Positions 49,298 to 62,236 of a stretch of DNA of 64,000 bases are shown here, piece after piece. The notes beneath the pieces are model-generated. The model had not been told where the DNA came from. It did not search any database and worked only from the letters and a program-made list of their open reading frames with translations. A program made the translations under genes and the position numbers. This DNA is from Oculina patagonica (taxonomy: Eukaryota): NCBI RefSeq assembly GCF_052425735.1, contig NC_135761.1, positions 9,052,001 to 9,116,000 of the forward strand, read 5' to 3'. How positions within the stretch are numbered: the first letter of the stretch is position 1; every line of letters begins with the position of its first letter.

Positions 49298-52200
49298 ATG
49301 GATCCCTTCACCCAGGTATTTGTTTTTCTATATATTTCGTTGCGTCTTTGAGAAGAACTTGCGAATGAAGAAACTCGAGCGCAAGAGTTGTCGTTTGAAA
49401 TCGATCGATGCGCTGTTGGAGTTTTCGATAACTGCAATGTTTTGTTTTGGTGAATGAAAAAATACACTTTTCGTTGATAGTTTGAAGCTTGAATAAGACT
49501 TCTAAATCGAGATCAGAGATTCTTTTTCCTGAAAAACGCGAACAGATGCTAAGAAATGAACATCGACACGTTCTTGTGAGCACTGTTCTGTGAACACCTT
49601 TGTGCACTTGAGTTTTAGAGTATCAAATTTATGCTCTGTAGTGTTGAAAATGCTTTATCACTTCTTCAGCATACCGTTTGTGTTTTCAAACATTGGATTA
49701 CAATTGAAAACGGGGTATTTTGCAGTAGTATTTCACCGCAAGTCATGTGAAAACACGAGGACATACATTCCTTTCGTTCCAGTGTGTTCAAAAATAACCG
49801 ACCCTTCTCGAAAATGTAACTGTCAAACAGGAATTTTGAGGAATAATATATTAAAGTTTGAATGTTGTATTTTTTCCTGTTTTGAAATATTTAAATGTAC
49901 ATGTGTGAACTAAAATTTAAAAACGTGATTGTAACTTTATCTTATTTATAATTAAAACCCAGTCATTGTTGTTTTCATTCGTTGTACAATTTATCGGATT
50001 TTTGAGAATAAAGCTCAAGCTAGCTAAATGCCTTTATTTCTCTTTTTGCCAATCTTTTTTCATAAAACAGGCAGCCTATGTATGCTAAAGGTTGCAAAGT
50101 TCTGTCCTTTTTCCAAAGCAAAAAATAATAATAATAATTTTTAGGGCAGCTTTAAACACTGGTAATTTTTGTCACGAATCTTCTGCAGAAACTATTAGCA
50201 AGAACTCAAGCAAGGAAAAACCAGCTTGTTAAAAAGCGTGAGGAGCTAGAAGCATGCAGGGCCAAGAGAAATTCACCCATCCAAGATCGATCACGACGTC
50301 CACTGTCAGAAGACAACACCGATAGTGGCTCTGGAGAAGTTGACACTGATAACATCAAACGATGCAGAATTGGCAGTGATGATAGTGGCAAGAGCACTAT
50401 TCTGAAGAATTCCAAAGATATTGATGTAAACAGCCCATCTGTTCAGGTACCAATCACACATCAAAAACAAAATCAGTTTTCTTGTGACATACCTGTAACT
50501 GAGCACATGACAGTTAAAATTACAGACACAATTCTAAGGGGACAGACCATGTACGTAATGGTGCTCCCGAAAATATCTAATTGCTGTAACTGTTCATCAG
50601 TATGATGCCTAAAATGTGTGCAATTCTGCAATAGCCCAATTTCAATATTTTAATATTCAGCCTAATATTAAAGTAAAAACTTAACAATAGACATCTACGA
50701 GGCTTTGGGGAATAAACCCCACAAACTCTATAGTTTAGTCCCCAAAGCCTCTTACTGAGGTCTATTGTTTTAGGCTGAATTGTAATATATCAAAATTGGG
50801 ATATTGGTTTTGGCTCTATTAAATCCTACAAATAAAATCATACTTTGCTGCTACTGAGCCTGCAACCTGGTAACTGTCTGTTTGGCATTTTGACTGGTGA
50901 AACGTAAATCTAAAGGCTAGAGCAGAAGCAACTTCTAGTCAGTTACATTTGAATTTAATCAAGGCACGAGAGAGAGGGAATTTGTCTAACCAGACTGACT
51001 TCTTGTCAAGTCAGTATTGCTGAAGAACTGACAAAATGACCTGCTCAGAAAAGAGAATAATTTTAGGCCGCTTTACAACAAACATGAAAACATAAACAAG
51101 GCCAAGCGTTGGTGAATAATTTTAAACTTGATAACTATTTGATTTTCAGGCACGAAAAGAGCGGCTTATGAAAATGCAACAGCAAGATCAAGAAAACGGT
51201 GTGACACCAAAGAAACACTGGAAAGCATTAACTCAAGGAACCACAGTTAACAGTTCCAGTACTAACAGTCCAAGTGTAGCATCAAGATCTGCAGCATTTG
51301 AAAATAATGCAAAAGATGAGCAAAAGGTGAAGAACACTGTACTTAAAAATATTTCAAATAAAAATGATTCGACAAACCAACCTTCTTTGGCTTACCACAC
51401 AGTCTTTTCTCATCTGCATGCGAGGAACTGTTGTGTGACAGCCAAAAGAATTGGTAGATGTGAACATACACACTTAATTCCAGTTAATTTATGTTATTTC
51501 AAATACATGTATGTGATTATTGTTTGACTGTAACTTGTGTTTACAGGAGAATGCCAAGGATAAGAAACCTTGTGAGCTCAAGATGCCACATGCTCCTGGT
51601 AAACTAGCTGAGGCACGAAGTGTGTTTGAGAATGGTGCATCAGAAAAAAATGATGTCAGCTGCAATAAAAAAGAAAAACTGTTCCCACCGCCTAAGCCCC
51701 CAAGGGTGGCGGCCACAGAAGACAACTCTGAGGAGAGACCCGTGGAACAACAGCAGACAACTAAGAGAAAAGCTCCCTCTCCCCCAAAGGAGACAAAAGA
51801 AAACAGTAATGCAAAAGCTGTGGAACATAATACGACTGTAATTAAGAGGAAAGCTCCAGAGCCACCTACCTCTAATCAGGAAGAAAGCAAGGTTCACCCT
51901 GACAAGAGCAGCAAGACTACTGTGAAGATCAGTGAGGTGGAATGTGAGCAGAAAAACGCCAAAGCAAGAGATAATCAGTCACGAAGTTCATCAGTTGATG
52001 AAGAGGGTGATGGAAGCTGTACCCCTGTTCCAGCGAAGAGAGAAAGGAAAGGCAGTGTGGACAGTTTAGATGGTATCGACAAAACTGAAGGTGATCAACC
52101 TACTCCAAAACCCAGAAGAAAAGTACAAAACTCCAGCGAAGCAGTGCCAGCACAGGACAACATTGGCAGCAAAGAAAGAAGAGGTAAAGAGAAAAAGGTA

Positions 52201-55200
52201 CAAGAGTCAAAGCCAAAGAAAGTGCTCGATAACACAGTGACAATTGTAGCAACTCCAGTTGATGAGCAAAAATCGATAACAGATCATTCAAAGAAGAAGC
52301 CACAAGAACAACCATGCATTATCCAGGCCTGTGTGGTTGAAGAGAATGCTCCAGTGGTTGTTGCAAAGAGTGAAAGCAGTGAAAAGCCCATTACAGTCAA
52401 GGCAGTTTCTTCCAACAGCTCAGAAGTGAAAGCTAGAACACGCAGAGGTGAGAAAACTAAAGTGACCAGTGTAGAAAAAACTGAGCAGCATTCCAGAAAA
52501 GCAAATGTAGCTGAAAAGGTGTCCAATGTCATCCCAGCTGTTGCCATGGAAAAGAACCCCCCAAGCTCTTCAAGGAAGACAAGAGAATCGACTAAGAAAG
52601 ATGATTTTGCATTCAAGGTTCCAAGAAGGCCTACCAAAGAGTGTCAGTTTGATCCAAATGAAACTGTCAATCTCAATGATGTTAACATCCATGAAATAAC
52701 GTTCAGCTTTGACTTTGGTCAGTTTGATCAAGAGCTGGAAAAAGAGAGAGATAGTATGTTTAAAATGAGCTACGAAGAAAAGTGTAAACAGGTAGGGCCC
52801 ATTTTTTTTATTAATTTTTTGTTTCTCATGCATTTCACATGAACCTTTTATACAAATTTAATTCCCATCATTGTTGGTATACACTAGTCTCCTTTGCAAC
52901 CATTGATTGAGCTCTGATGAGCAAAAATAGTTGCTGCAAAGGAGACTAGAGATAAACTGTACACGTAAATCTACTGATTTCCATAATTTATCATCAAACA
53001 TGCAATAATCAATCAGCACTCTTTCAACAACTGATAAGTAATAAAATTAATATAATGTTACATCACATAATTATCTCTGTGGCCTAATTCTGCATGCATT
53101 ACTTGCCTGTGTTGCTTTATCAGAAAAATCAACAAAAATTTTGAATTCAAACTTCGGTTAGAAAAGGGTAAAAAATCATATTGGCTTGAAAGCTTACCCA
53201 AATTTTCCTGACAAAAAAATTTTGCGCATTTGATAGTTTTCATGCCTTGTTCTTCCACATCGACTTCTAACAGTGTATTCATTGAAGAATTCTGGTATTT
53301 AACAAAAGTTGAAGATGCTTTAAATCATATCTCACATGGGCTTGAAAGCTTACCCAAATTTTCCTGACAATAATTGCGCATTTGATGACAAATATAAATA
53401 GTTTTCATGCCATGTTCTTCCACATCTACTTCTAACAGTGTATTTATAGAAGAATTCCGATATGTTAACAATAGTTGAAGATGCTTTTAAATCATATCTC
53501 ACATGCAGTTGGAGAAAGAACAAAAAAGAGAAGAAAAGAAGAGAAAGGATAGCGCTTCAGCCAACACTTCTGCTGACGCTGAAAGAGAAGAGAGAGGCAC
53601 CTACCAGTCTGGGTACAATAACCAGTCAAGTGAACAGTATGCCACCAAGACAACACATAAACCTAAACCAGCTGTTCCACAGAGACCGAAAAGAACACAG
53701 GATGTGATCAAAGTAAGCTAATTTTATTAAAGATTAGCACATGTGATTAACCACCTGTATGTAGTTTGAACACATATATAATGGAAAAACATGTTCTTAC
53801 CGCTAAATTATAAAATAAACATTGCATGATTCATCATCAAACTTCAAAGTTTGAAAGGGTGTTAGACAATGTTTTGCATGGATGATCATAAAGTTGAACT
53901 GATGATAAATAAATTAAATTTAATTCTGCAGTCAAAACACTTATTATTTACTATGGTGCAGACTATTTTCATCAAGCTGTAAATGTACGACATAGCCTGG
54001 CTTTGTCTCAAACCTTTCACTAATCCTTACATCAAAGTCCACTGATGATGATTTGTGGCAAAGATGTAAAAGACTTTGTGACAAAAGCACTTACCGGTAT
54101 TACACCTACTGGAAAAACGTTTTCTCTGTATTACAGTACTACAGTCCTGCTTTTAGGGGCAGATCAAGTTTTGGTGATCTACACTCATGCATGTAGTTTG
54201 AAGCTTGTGGGTAGAAAATAGTACATGTTTAACCAAAATTTCCTTGTCTATAGACCCTGCTGGAAGAAGCTGCATACCAACAGAACATTGTTCTTCAGGC
54301 AAGCCAAGCACTTAATCTGTGCGTCGCAAATGACATCACCTTCAGGGGCTCACAAGAAGAAATTGAAGCAGAAAGAGTTCTTTTACTTGCAAGTAAGTGG
54401 AGAATATTATTTGAAAAAGAAGTGTTTTTGTGTTGTAATAACTTAACAAAAGCTTGCTTGAATGTGTTACAGTGTATTAAATGATAATGTCAAATTGATG
54501 AAAAGTTGCAGTCATTCCAGATAAAGAATAATTTTGCTCTACAAATGTAAGCTAAAAGTTCTTTATAATACTATCAGCTGAACACAGGACTGCATGCCTA
54601 GACGAAGTCCAGAAATTGAAAACTGGAGCAGCTGCTGAAGGAGAGAGCACAGGTTCTGCAACACCAGCCTGCATGGCAACCCTGTCTCTATCAGGTGAGT
54701 TATTTGTTTTCATCCTACAATCCCCTAATAATACAAAGTCATGTATTAGTAACAATGGCATTAAGCTGTTATAAAGTCACAACTTTGTCTTGTCAGAAAT
54801 GTCAACTTGCAATTTTAGATGACCAGAAACTATACAGAAACAAACATTTTTCAAGAGGAGTTTATGTTTTATTTCAGATGTCAAAATTACCCTTCGGCAA
54901 GATTTTATGGACGTGTTAAGAGTGGGAATCAGACATGGTGAGTAAACAAGTTTTAGTTCTCGTTGATTTGTTGCATAATATAATCTGATGACTGATTCTC
55001 AGATTGAGATTTATTGTCTTATTTTGTTGTCTTTTCAGATCTTGGTGTGTTCCATTTTGTCTGTATCATTCAACATGGTCCACACAAGTTCTACTGTTCA
55101 AGAGTCTTGTCAACAAATGACGCCACTGAAGGGAATTTCTTGATCTTCCCTGACAAATTCACTTTGTAAGTAAAGGTTTTTGCCACAGAACATGTCACTG

Positions 55201-58200
55201 TAACAATTTTGGTCTGTGAAGTTTTTTCATGACCTGTACTGACTGCTATTTTAATATCATGTCTGGATAATGCATATTAAGTAAATTTTTCTTCTCCTCT
55301 TTTTTATAGAAAGGACATTAAACCTGATTTTAATGTGGCCATTAAGGTTTTCTGCATGGTGAGTGTCAGCACTTTAAGAACAAAGGTCTGCTTGTTTCTC
55401 CATCTGATCAAGGCTTCATTCTTGTCCCCAGAACCACTTGTCCCTCTTACTGTAGCCTGGGGCACAAGCGCCAGTAAGTTGAGACGAAACTCGCCGTACA
55501 CGAAGAACACTTTATTAACTGAGGGCGAACGAGAAATGACAAAGACACTGAACTAAGCGGTTTCCTAAGTAACCAGTCTCTTCGGGGGCGTGGGTTCGTA
55601 TCCCACCGCTGCCACCACGCCAGTAAGTTGAGACGAAACTCCGTACACGAAGAACACTTTATTAAACGAGGGCGAACGAGAAATGACAAAGACGCTGAAC
55701 TAAGCGGTTTTCTAAGGAACGACCTAATTATGCTCGGCGAGGGAATTACAACAATGGCAGAGCGATTAGCAGAGCGAAGCTATGCGAGCTATGGCGAAGC
55801 AACAAGTGGCTCTGGGACACACAATTTGATTGGCCAGATTTTTAACAAAAGGAAATTTAAATCTAGCCAATGAAATCAACTATTTTAAAATCCCTTACAA
55901 CAAAATGATTTAAAAATGGTTGATCTGATTAGCTAGATTCAAATTTCCTTTGTTAAAAATCTAGCCAATCAAATCATGTGTTCACCAGAGCCAACTTGTT
56001 TCTCGTGCACAGGCACCCCTTGCTAAAAGATACAAGCAGCTCTGGGGACAAGAATGACCAAGGCTTGAGTCTGGGTGTACAAATAAGAGATATGCCTTAG
56101 GGATTTTTTCTTCAAAGAATAATTGTGCTCATGTATATATCTTATTAACCACGCACGAGGGCCGTACTGGGCAAAAATAAAGTAATCTGATTGGCTGATT
56201 TAGTTATTGGCCCTCGGACCGCCTTAGTCGTGTAATAATTGTTAATAGTGAGCATTTTTTGTCACAAATACGTCAGTCAATTGTTTATTTTTCAGAATGT
56301 TAAAAAGACTGTTGTAGCCACCCCAGCCACACCAACCAAGCACAAGATCTTCCAGTCACCAAAAGTTGTTAAAGGAATTCTAGTAAGGATAAGAATTTTA
56401 TTCAAAATAGCTGAAAATTATTGTTCTGTTGGGCATGTTGTTCAGTCTCGTACTTTTTACTTATGTATATTGTTCAAATGTTTGTTGTTCACAGCGAAGA
56501 GGATCAGATACCCCTTCTCCAGGTGTGTACCCCTTTTATTTTGAATTTTTAAGGGTTCGTTGACTGTGTTTATTAAACAGTGTATAGTAGAAGCCCGATT
56601 TCTTGTTCGGCTCCCAATCAATAGCTTGGACGAAATTCCTTTCCGGTTTTGTGCTTTACTCAGTTGTACACTGCAACGTTGTCAATATTTCATAAATTGC
56701 TTGAACCCATTTTCCTTTACCCATGGTGATTCAGGAAAATCAGAATTCCATTGTAGGTCATCGTTTTTGTTCCTGAATCTTTGTTCCCCAGGTTATTGGG
56801 TTACGAGGCTTTCTTTGCATGCTGAACTATCAGTAGTACATAATTAACCTGATAGCTATTATTACTGGTATGAATCATTTGCAATATTGTTTGTGTTTTT
56901 TTTTTTTTTTAATTTGCTTTCTTTTTAATTAGCACCTCAAGTTGCTGCATCGCCACACACAGTGTTCAGAACCAGCAGCTTCTCTCTTGTTGGAGTGACA
57001 CATGTCAATCTGCCGATCATCAAATCAAAGCGATTCTCCCTTGATAAGGTGGGTTAGAACTTGCCAATTTTGTCAACTACAATCTTATGTATAAAGGCTA
57101 ATGATACTTGTCGTGTTCTTGATCACATTTTGTTATTCTCTCTTCAGGTGCCTGATAGCTGTCCTTTGAGTAACTTCATAGAAATGAGAGCTGAATGTTC
57201 CCCTCAATACAGCAACCGTGTGAATGGTTTTCTGGTAAGAGCACACGTGCATACATACTCAGACAAGACTGTTTAATATTTACAGTAGGCACATTTTAGG
57301 TACAGTGCACTTCAGTCCACCGCAGCTCAGAGTAGCACTCACTTGGACCCAGAAAGGCAAACACCAAAGTGGCAGGTCTTAGGTTGGGTTTGGTTTCAAG
57401 GACTGGTATATGCTAATGTCGCTTGGGTTTGTGCCAAAGACCCAGAAACGATAAGAGAGATTTCCCAGTTTAGGGAAGAGGAAAAGATGATGATGTTGAT
57501 AATGATGCACCTCAAACTGTTTGTAGTACATGAATGTATTGTCTGTCTTTCTTTTCCTTCAGACAATCCTAGAAGACATTGGTGGGTATGGTGCATGGCA
57601 GAGAAGATGGTGTGTGTTACAAGGTGCTGTCATGTGCTACTGGAGATACCCTGGAGATGAGAGTATTAAGGTACTACAAGTAACTTAACTGAAGTGTGTG
57701 AAGACACATTTGATGGTTCAAGCTATGTCTTTATGCAAGATAATTCACTCCACAACAGGGCTGCTAAAAAAATCTAGTCCAATCATCTGGTGACCCTAAT
57801 CGGCGGAAAGATGAAATGTCACTAGATTGCTTGTGGTTAGCTTTTACTCCGGTTTGTTTGCGGTTAACTTTTATTTGTTGGTTAGGGCAATATACTATCG
57901 CCATTCTGTCATTCCACCATTCCGCCGAATAGGGTCACCCCAATCATCTGGGACAAGAAGATTTTCCAGTTAGGAAATTAACTTTTCGTGCTTATTGATC
58001 CAATGGGCAAGGGCCCAGGCAAGTCATACCATATTTACTTGAATAAGCGCCGCGGCACTTATTTAATTTTTCGCGCCTCAAGTGTGGTGCTTATTCGAGG
58101 GCGGCGCTTCTTTAAAATTTGGACGCCGCAAAAAATCTAATCTAAACAAAACTTCTACAGTAACTAAACGAAGGGTCTTTTGATTGTCAGTATTCGTCTC

Positions 58201-59992
58201 TTACAGAAGAGAGTAGTTGCGCTTGCTGTCTCGACAAAGCTCACGGCCTTCACAACATTAAAAGAACTGCGTATTGTTAGAATTTTGGATAGAAAGAAAT
58301 AATAGCAAAGATATCATTGACGTCACCTATTGTAATTAATGTGCCAACCACAAAACTATTGGCTAGTGAAACAAAGAGTTCTTTTGTTTAACTTGTTGGA
58401 CATTTAATTAACAAAAACAATGTTTGTAAACAAATATCTTCTCTATAGGCGAGCGGTAAAACATAATAACTTTCAAATTTGAAACGTCGCTTTTGATGAA
58501 AGAAATTTCCAAGGCTGTTTTGGAGTTTCTTTGTAGTGCTATTTTTGGTTATACGGAATTCCTCAAATAAGCGCCACATCGGGACTGCCGCGCTTATTCG
58601 GGGGCGGCGCTTATTAATTTTTTTGTCCCGAATGCGGCGCTTATTTGAGGGCTGCGCTTATTCAAGTAAATACGGTAATTAAAACTAAAATCATTAGCCT
58701 ACTATTTTCAATAGTGATCATAATCTAACAGTGATGTTTGCTTTTATTAGCCCCCAATGGGATGCATCAATTTAGCAGAGTGTATAAGCGAGGAGGTAAC
58801 AAGAGTTGCTCGGGATTTGTGTGCTCGCCCAAACACCATGGAATTAAAGCTGAAGAGGTCGTGTGGCACTGAAGTCAAGTAAGTCATCACTAAATTACTG
58901 TCAACTTAAATGACATCCACTAGCTGACAGTAAGAATCGATCCAACTGGAAAGTAACAGGTTCAGACACAACCAAGCCCAAGTTGTCCAATGGATAGAAA
59001 ACACTATCTATTTGGTGGATGGCACAGTATGTTTTGTCAACGCTTATCCAAGTGGATAGGCATTTATCTGGTAGAAAGTGTTATCCAGCCTTTGTACAAT
59101 TCTGCCCAGCCTAAGAAGTAACCTCCTACACAGACAATCTTTAGGTTCATGTTGGAGGAATGCATGGCAAGTCCAAAGAGTGTCTGCATAGCAGACTACC
59201 TAAGAAGATTGGAGTACAGGATGTTACAGTTTGAAAGTAGTACTTGGTCGGCCACTGCTCATCCGAGGTGGCCCCATGTCCATCTGTTCTCTCATTTTTC
59301 TTTTGAAAGAAGCAATAAATTTGATCCCTCCCCCAACCACCACCATGCCCACATCAGATCTCACAGGGAAGACATTGGAAATCTTAAAAAAATACATGAA
59401 GACTAGATGGTGGCTATCACTTCCTAGATCTCCTGACCTGACTTGGCTAAATTCAAGTCTATATTTTTGAGGGGCATTCAAGGAATATTGTTATTATTAG
59501 TGATAAACAGCTGTGAAGGAACAGGGTTCGTACTGGTCCTGGAATTTTATTGTGCTAATTTTCAGGACTGGGAAGTCCTGGAAAAGTCAAGTTCTGGAAA
59601 TCTGTTAAAATCAAGTAACAACTGAATTCTCAGAACTAACTTTAAAAGGAATGTATGGCAGACATGCCCAGTAAGGAAAAATAATATTGAAATCTTGGAG
59701 GTGAAAGGGTTAATGTGAATTTTGGAGTACTGGAAAATTGTTTACAAGTGAAAAAGGGTACGAACCCTGAAGAAAATAGCAACCTACAAGCTGATTGTGT
59801 ATTGTTTCACTAATTATCAGGTACCTTCTGGCAGCTGATACCAAGGCTGACCGTGCGACATGGATTGACAGTCTAAATGAAGCCCTCAGAGATGGTCGTG
59901 CATGGTCAGTGGATGAGAAGAAACCGCTCTATCCTGACTTGAGCCGCATGCACAATCAAGATGTCTATATGTGTTCTAAGGTTGATGTGTAG
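49298..59992 (+). CDS. ANLN: Anillin, actin-binding cytokinesis scaffold with anillin-homology and PH domains (1039 aa, 17 exons)
   Basis: Exons: 49298-49315, 50189-50446, 51150-51326, 51547-52791, 53509-53712, 54254-54392, 54578-54694, 54878-54937, 55039-55165, 55310-55358, 56296-56382, 56495-56522, 56933-57048, 57148-57234, 57563-57670, 58751-58878, 59821-59992; total 3120 nt. N-terminus [18 protein letters not shown] region [15 protein letters not shown]...EAERVLLLA and [11 protein letters not shown] region [22 protein letters not shown]...YWRYP, CARPNT, LAADTK. Confidence 0.93.
53182..53505 (+). repeat. ~160-bp tandem duplication at the 3' end of anillin intron 4
   Basis: Two copies, each beginning GGCTTGAAAGCTTACCCAAATTTTCCTGACAA and ending AATCATATCTCACATG. 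Confidence 0.85.
55416..56057. mobile_element. Palindromic MITE hosting the 55469-55801 insertion
   Basis: TCATTCTTGTCCCCAGA ... TCTGGGGACAAGAATGA, flanked by (T/C)CAAGGCT on both sides. Internal inverted repeat at 55807-55995. Confidence 0.7.
55469..55801 (-). mobile_element. LTR-like insertion containing a reverse-transcribed tRNA-Leu 3' half between ~103-bp direct repeats
   Basis: ACAAG duplicated at 55464-55468 and 55802-55806. Repeats at 55469-55573 and 55618-55720. tRNA-Leu 3' half plus CCA at 55572-55617. Confidence 0.8.
58027..58677. mobile_element. Tc1/mariner-pogo-type MITE related to 46890-47380, in opposite orientation
   Basis: TACCATATTTACTTGAATAAGCGCCGC ... GCGCTTATTCAAGTAAATACGGTA. 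Confidence 0.75.
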
Positions 59993-61230
59993 ACTTACTA
60001 TTTAACAGGCAGCTGTTGGTTTGGGAAGCCTGTGGCACTTGGGGACAGATTTGAATGCATCCATAATGGATGTCGTTCGTGGTGAATTGAGCTTCTGTCT
60101 ATGCACTTTCTACACGTGAATGTTGTAGAGCAAGTTCAACTAGCAATTCAAATGCAGTAGTTGGTGATGAAAATGTAATATTATTGCTTAAATCCATTTT
60201 GTAGCCTGAGTTACATTTACAACAACATAAATATATTGAACACAAATTCCACAGAATTTTATAAGTAGTATGGAGTATGACTTTGTATAGATTAAGTAAG
60301 CAGCTTTATTTTTAAATTGGAAAGTGTCATTTCAGTGGCTTGCATCACTGTAGGGAAACAATCTAATTCAGAGCTCTGAGAAATGTCAAGAGATATAAGC
60401 TATCAGAAACATTGTAAATTCTGTAATTCTGCTGGTACTAAAGGAATAACAAAATTTCTACAAAATTAAGTGACCATGCAGAAGTGGCATTTGTCATGCC
60501 AAAATTGGGGCAAGCAAATTACTGAAAACAGTGAGTTCAAAGCTGCAATGACACTTGCTTGTTTGGCGCTCATACCAACAAAACTGACAATTTGCACAGG
60601 ACTTTTTTCACCATTGACATCTGGAGGGGTAAAAATAGTTGTATGACAAGAAAATTGTTATCAGAGAAGAAAGGAAAAGGGTTATCAACGCGAGACCAGT
60701 AATTATGTTTGGTGGTTACTATTCACCCAATCAGTTCTGCCTGGTTTAAACTCTTTAGGGCATTAATTTTAAAGCTATATTAAATAAAAATTCAATACAC
60801 CTGCAAATTTTAAATTAAATATCTTGGTTTTCTTAATAAAGTTAATTAGTTTTTAAACTTTTGCTTGTATACAGTTGTTACATTGGACAGCAATGGGTTG
60901 GTGGTGACAGTTTCTCCATTGCATGTCTACTCACAAACACTCGCACAGTCACTCACTCACACTCAGCAGATTTTCCCTTCCCTTATGGAAGACTAGAGAG
61001 CCATGGGGATCAGTCTAGCCTAATTCAGGTGTTAGGTCAGTTGTGGAGCCGCGTGCAGCACAAGTGAAAAAAGACAAGTTAGACACTCACCTGAAACCTC
61101 TTGCCAATTTTTCTCACTAGCCATTCTTCAACTAACTGAATGCCTGGAACAGGCTGGTTTTGATTACCAGAGGTCCAAGAAGAATTAAGACTGGCCAAAG
61201 ACTAATTAGAGAAAGGTTACAAAACTCAAA

Positions 61231-61530
61231 TATAATTCCAATTATAAGCCCTGGGCTTATACAACTTCGTAAGAGGTTTTGGAGGGGCTTATAAGCACAA
61301 TAAAAAAAATGTTTCGAACCGAGCCATGACAGTATTGATCGAAATACATTTTTAAGTTAAAAAGTTGTAATAAAGAAACATTTGGCCCTGTTCAGGAGTG
61401 TCATCCAGCAGAGCGGGGCTTATATCTGGGGGTGGGGTGGTATAATCGATATTTTTTTGTTTCCAGATAGATGGGGCTATAACCTGGGGGGCTTAAAAGT
61501 GTAGGGGCTTATAACTGGAATTTTAGGGTA
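61231..61530. mobile_element. Degenerate MITE with GGGCTTATA sub-terminal repeats
   Basis: AATTCCCAATTATAAGCCC ... GGGCTTATAACTGGAATTTTAGGGTA. Confidence 0.55.
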
Positions 61531-61722
61531 TAATTTCACAGGGATGTTGCTAACAGCCAGCTGACGGTTAATTTGACTGGCTGTAAAAGAACTTAAATCC
61601 AGCTGAAATTTCACATGAATACAAACTTTTTAGAGCTGCCAAAACCAATTAAGCCAGCTGGGCTTGCCAAAGAGCCGCCTCAGTGTTTCCTTAGCTACAT
61701 CCCTGTATTCAGAAGCTATTAA

Positions 61723-62236
61723 GGTGGCTGGTAACGGTTTCCAGCACTTTCCAGCTCTTATACTTTGACGGGTCATTACTACAAATCTTTATCAGTTGAT
61801 GCTACAATAATGGTATGAAATTAATGCCCAATGATTGGTGAATATGTTGTGGTTATTTTCATGACGTCAGTGGTTACTATAGCAACAGTATAACCTGTTA
61901 AAAACACCTTTAATTTTGTCTTTAAGTGCTTATAACTCAAAAACGAGCTATCTATCTATGTATCTTAACATGCTGATCAATGTTCAATAATAAAAAATGG
62001 GGGTCACCGAGCTCGTTTTGAAGTTATAAGCACTTAAAGCCAAAATTTAGGGTGTTTTTAACAGGTTATACTGTTGCTATAGTAACCACTGACGTCCTGA
62101 AAATAATCACAACATATTCACCAATCATTGGGCATTAATTTCATACCATTATTGTAGCATCAACTGATAAAGATTTGTAGTAATGACCCGTCAAAGTATA
62201 AGAGCTGAAAAGTGCTGGAAACCGTTACGAGCCACC
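61723..62236. mobile_element. 514-bp near-perfect fold-back element with TTAA duplication (Kolobok-like)
   Basis: TTAA|GGTGGCTGGTAACGGTTTCCAGCACTTT ... AAAGTGCTGGAAACCGTTACGAGCCACC|TTAA; arms about 225 bp. Confidence 0.85.

Noticed and set aside
54137-54196. Candidate extra anillin exon after TTACAG
   Set aside because: It runs into an in-frame stop, and the flanking exons already join in frame.
55469-55720. Hammerhead ribozyme or CRISPR-like repeat-spacer reading of the direct repeats
   Set aside because: No CTGANGA...GAAA core with flanking stems. There are only two long repeats, the spacer is tRNA, and the context is eukaryotic with no cas genes.
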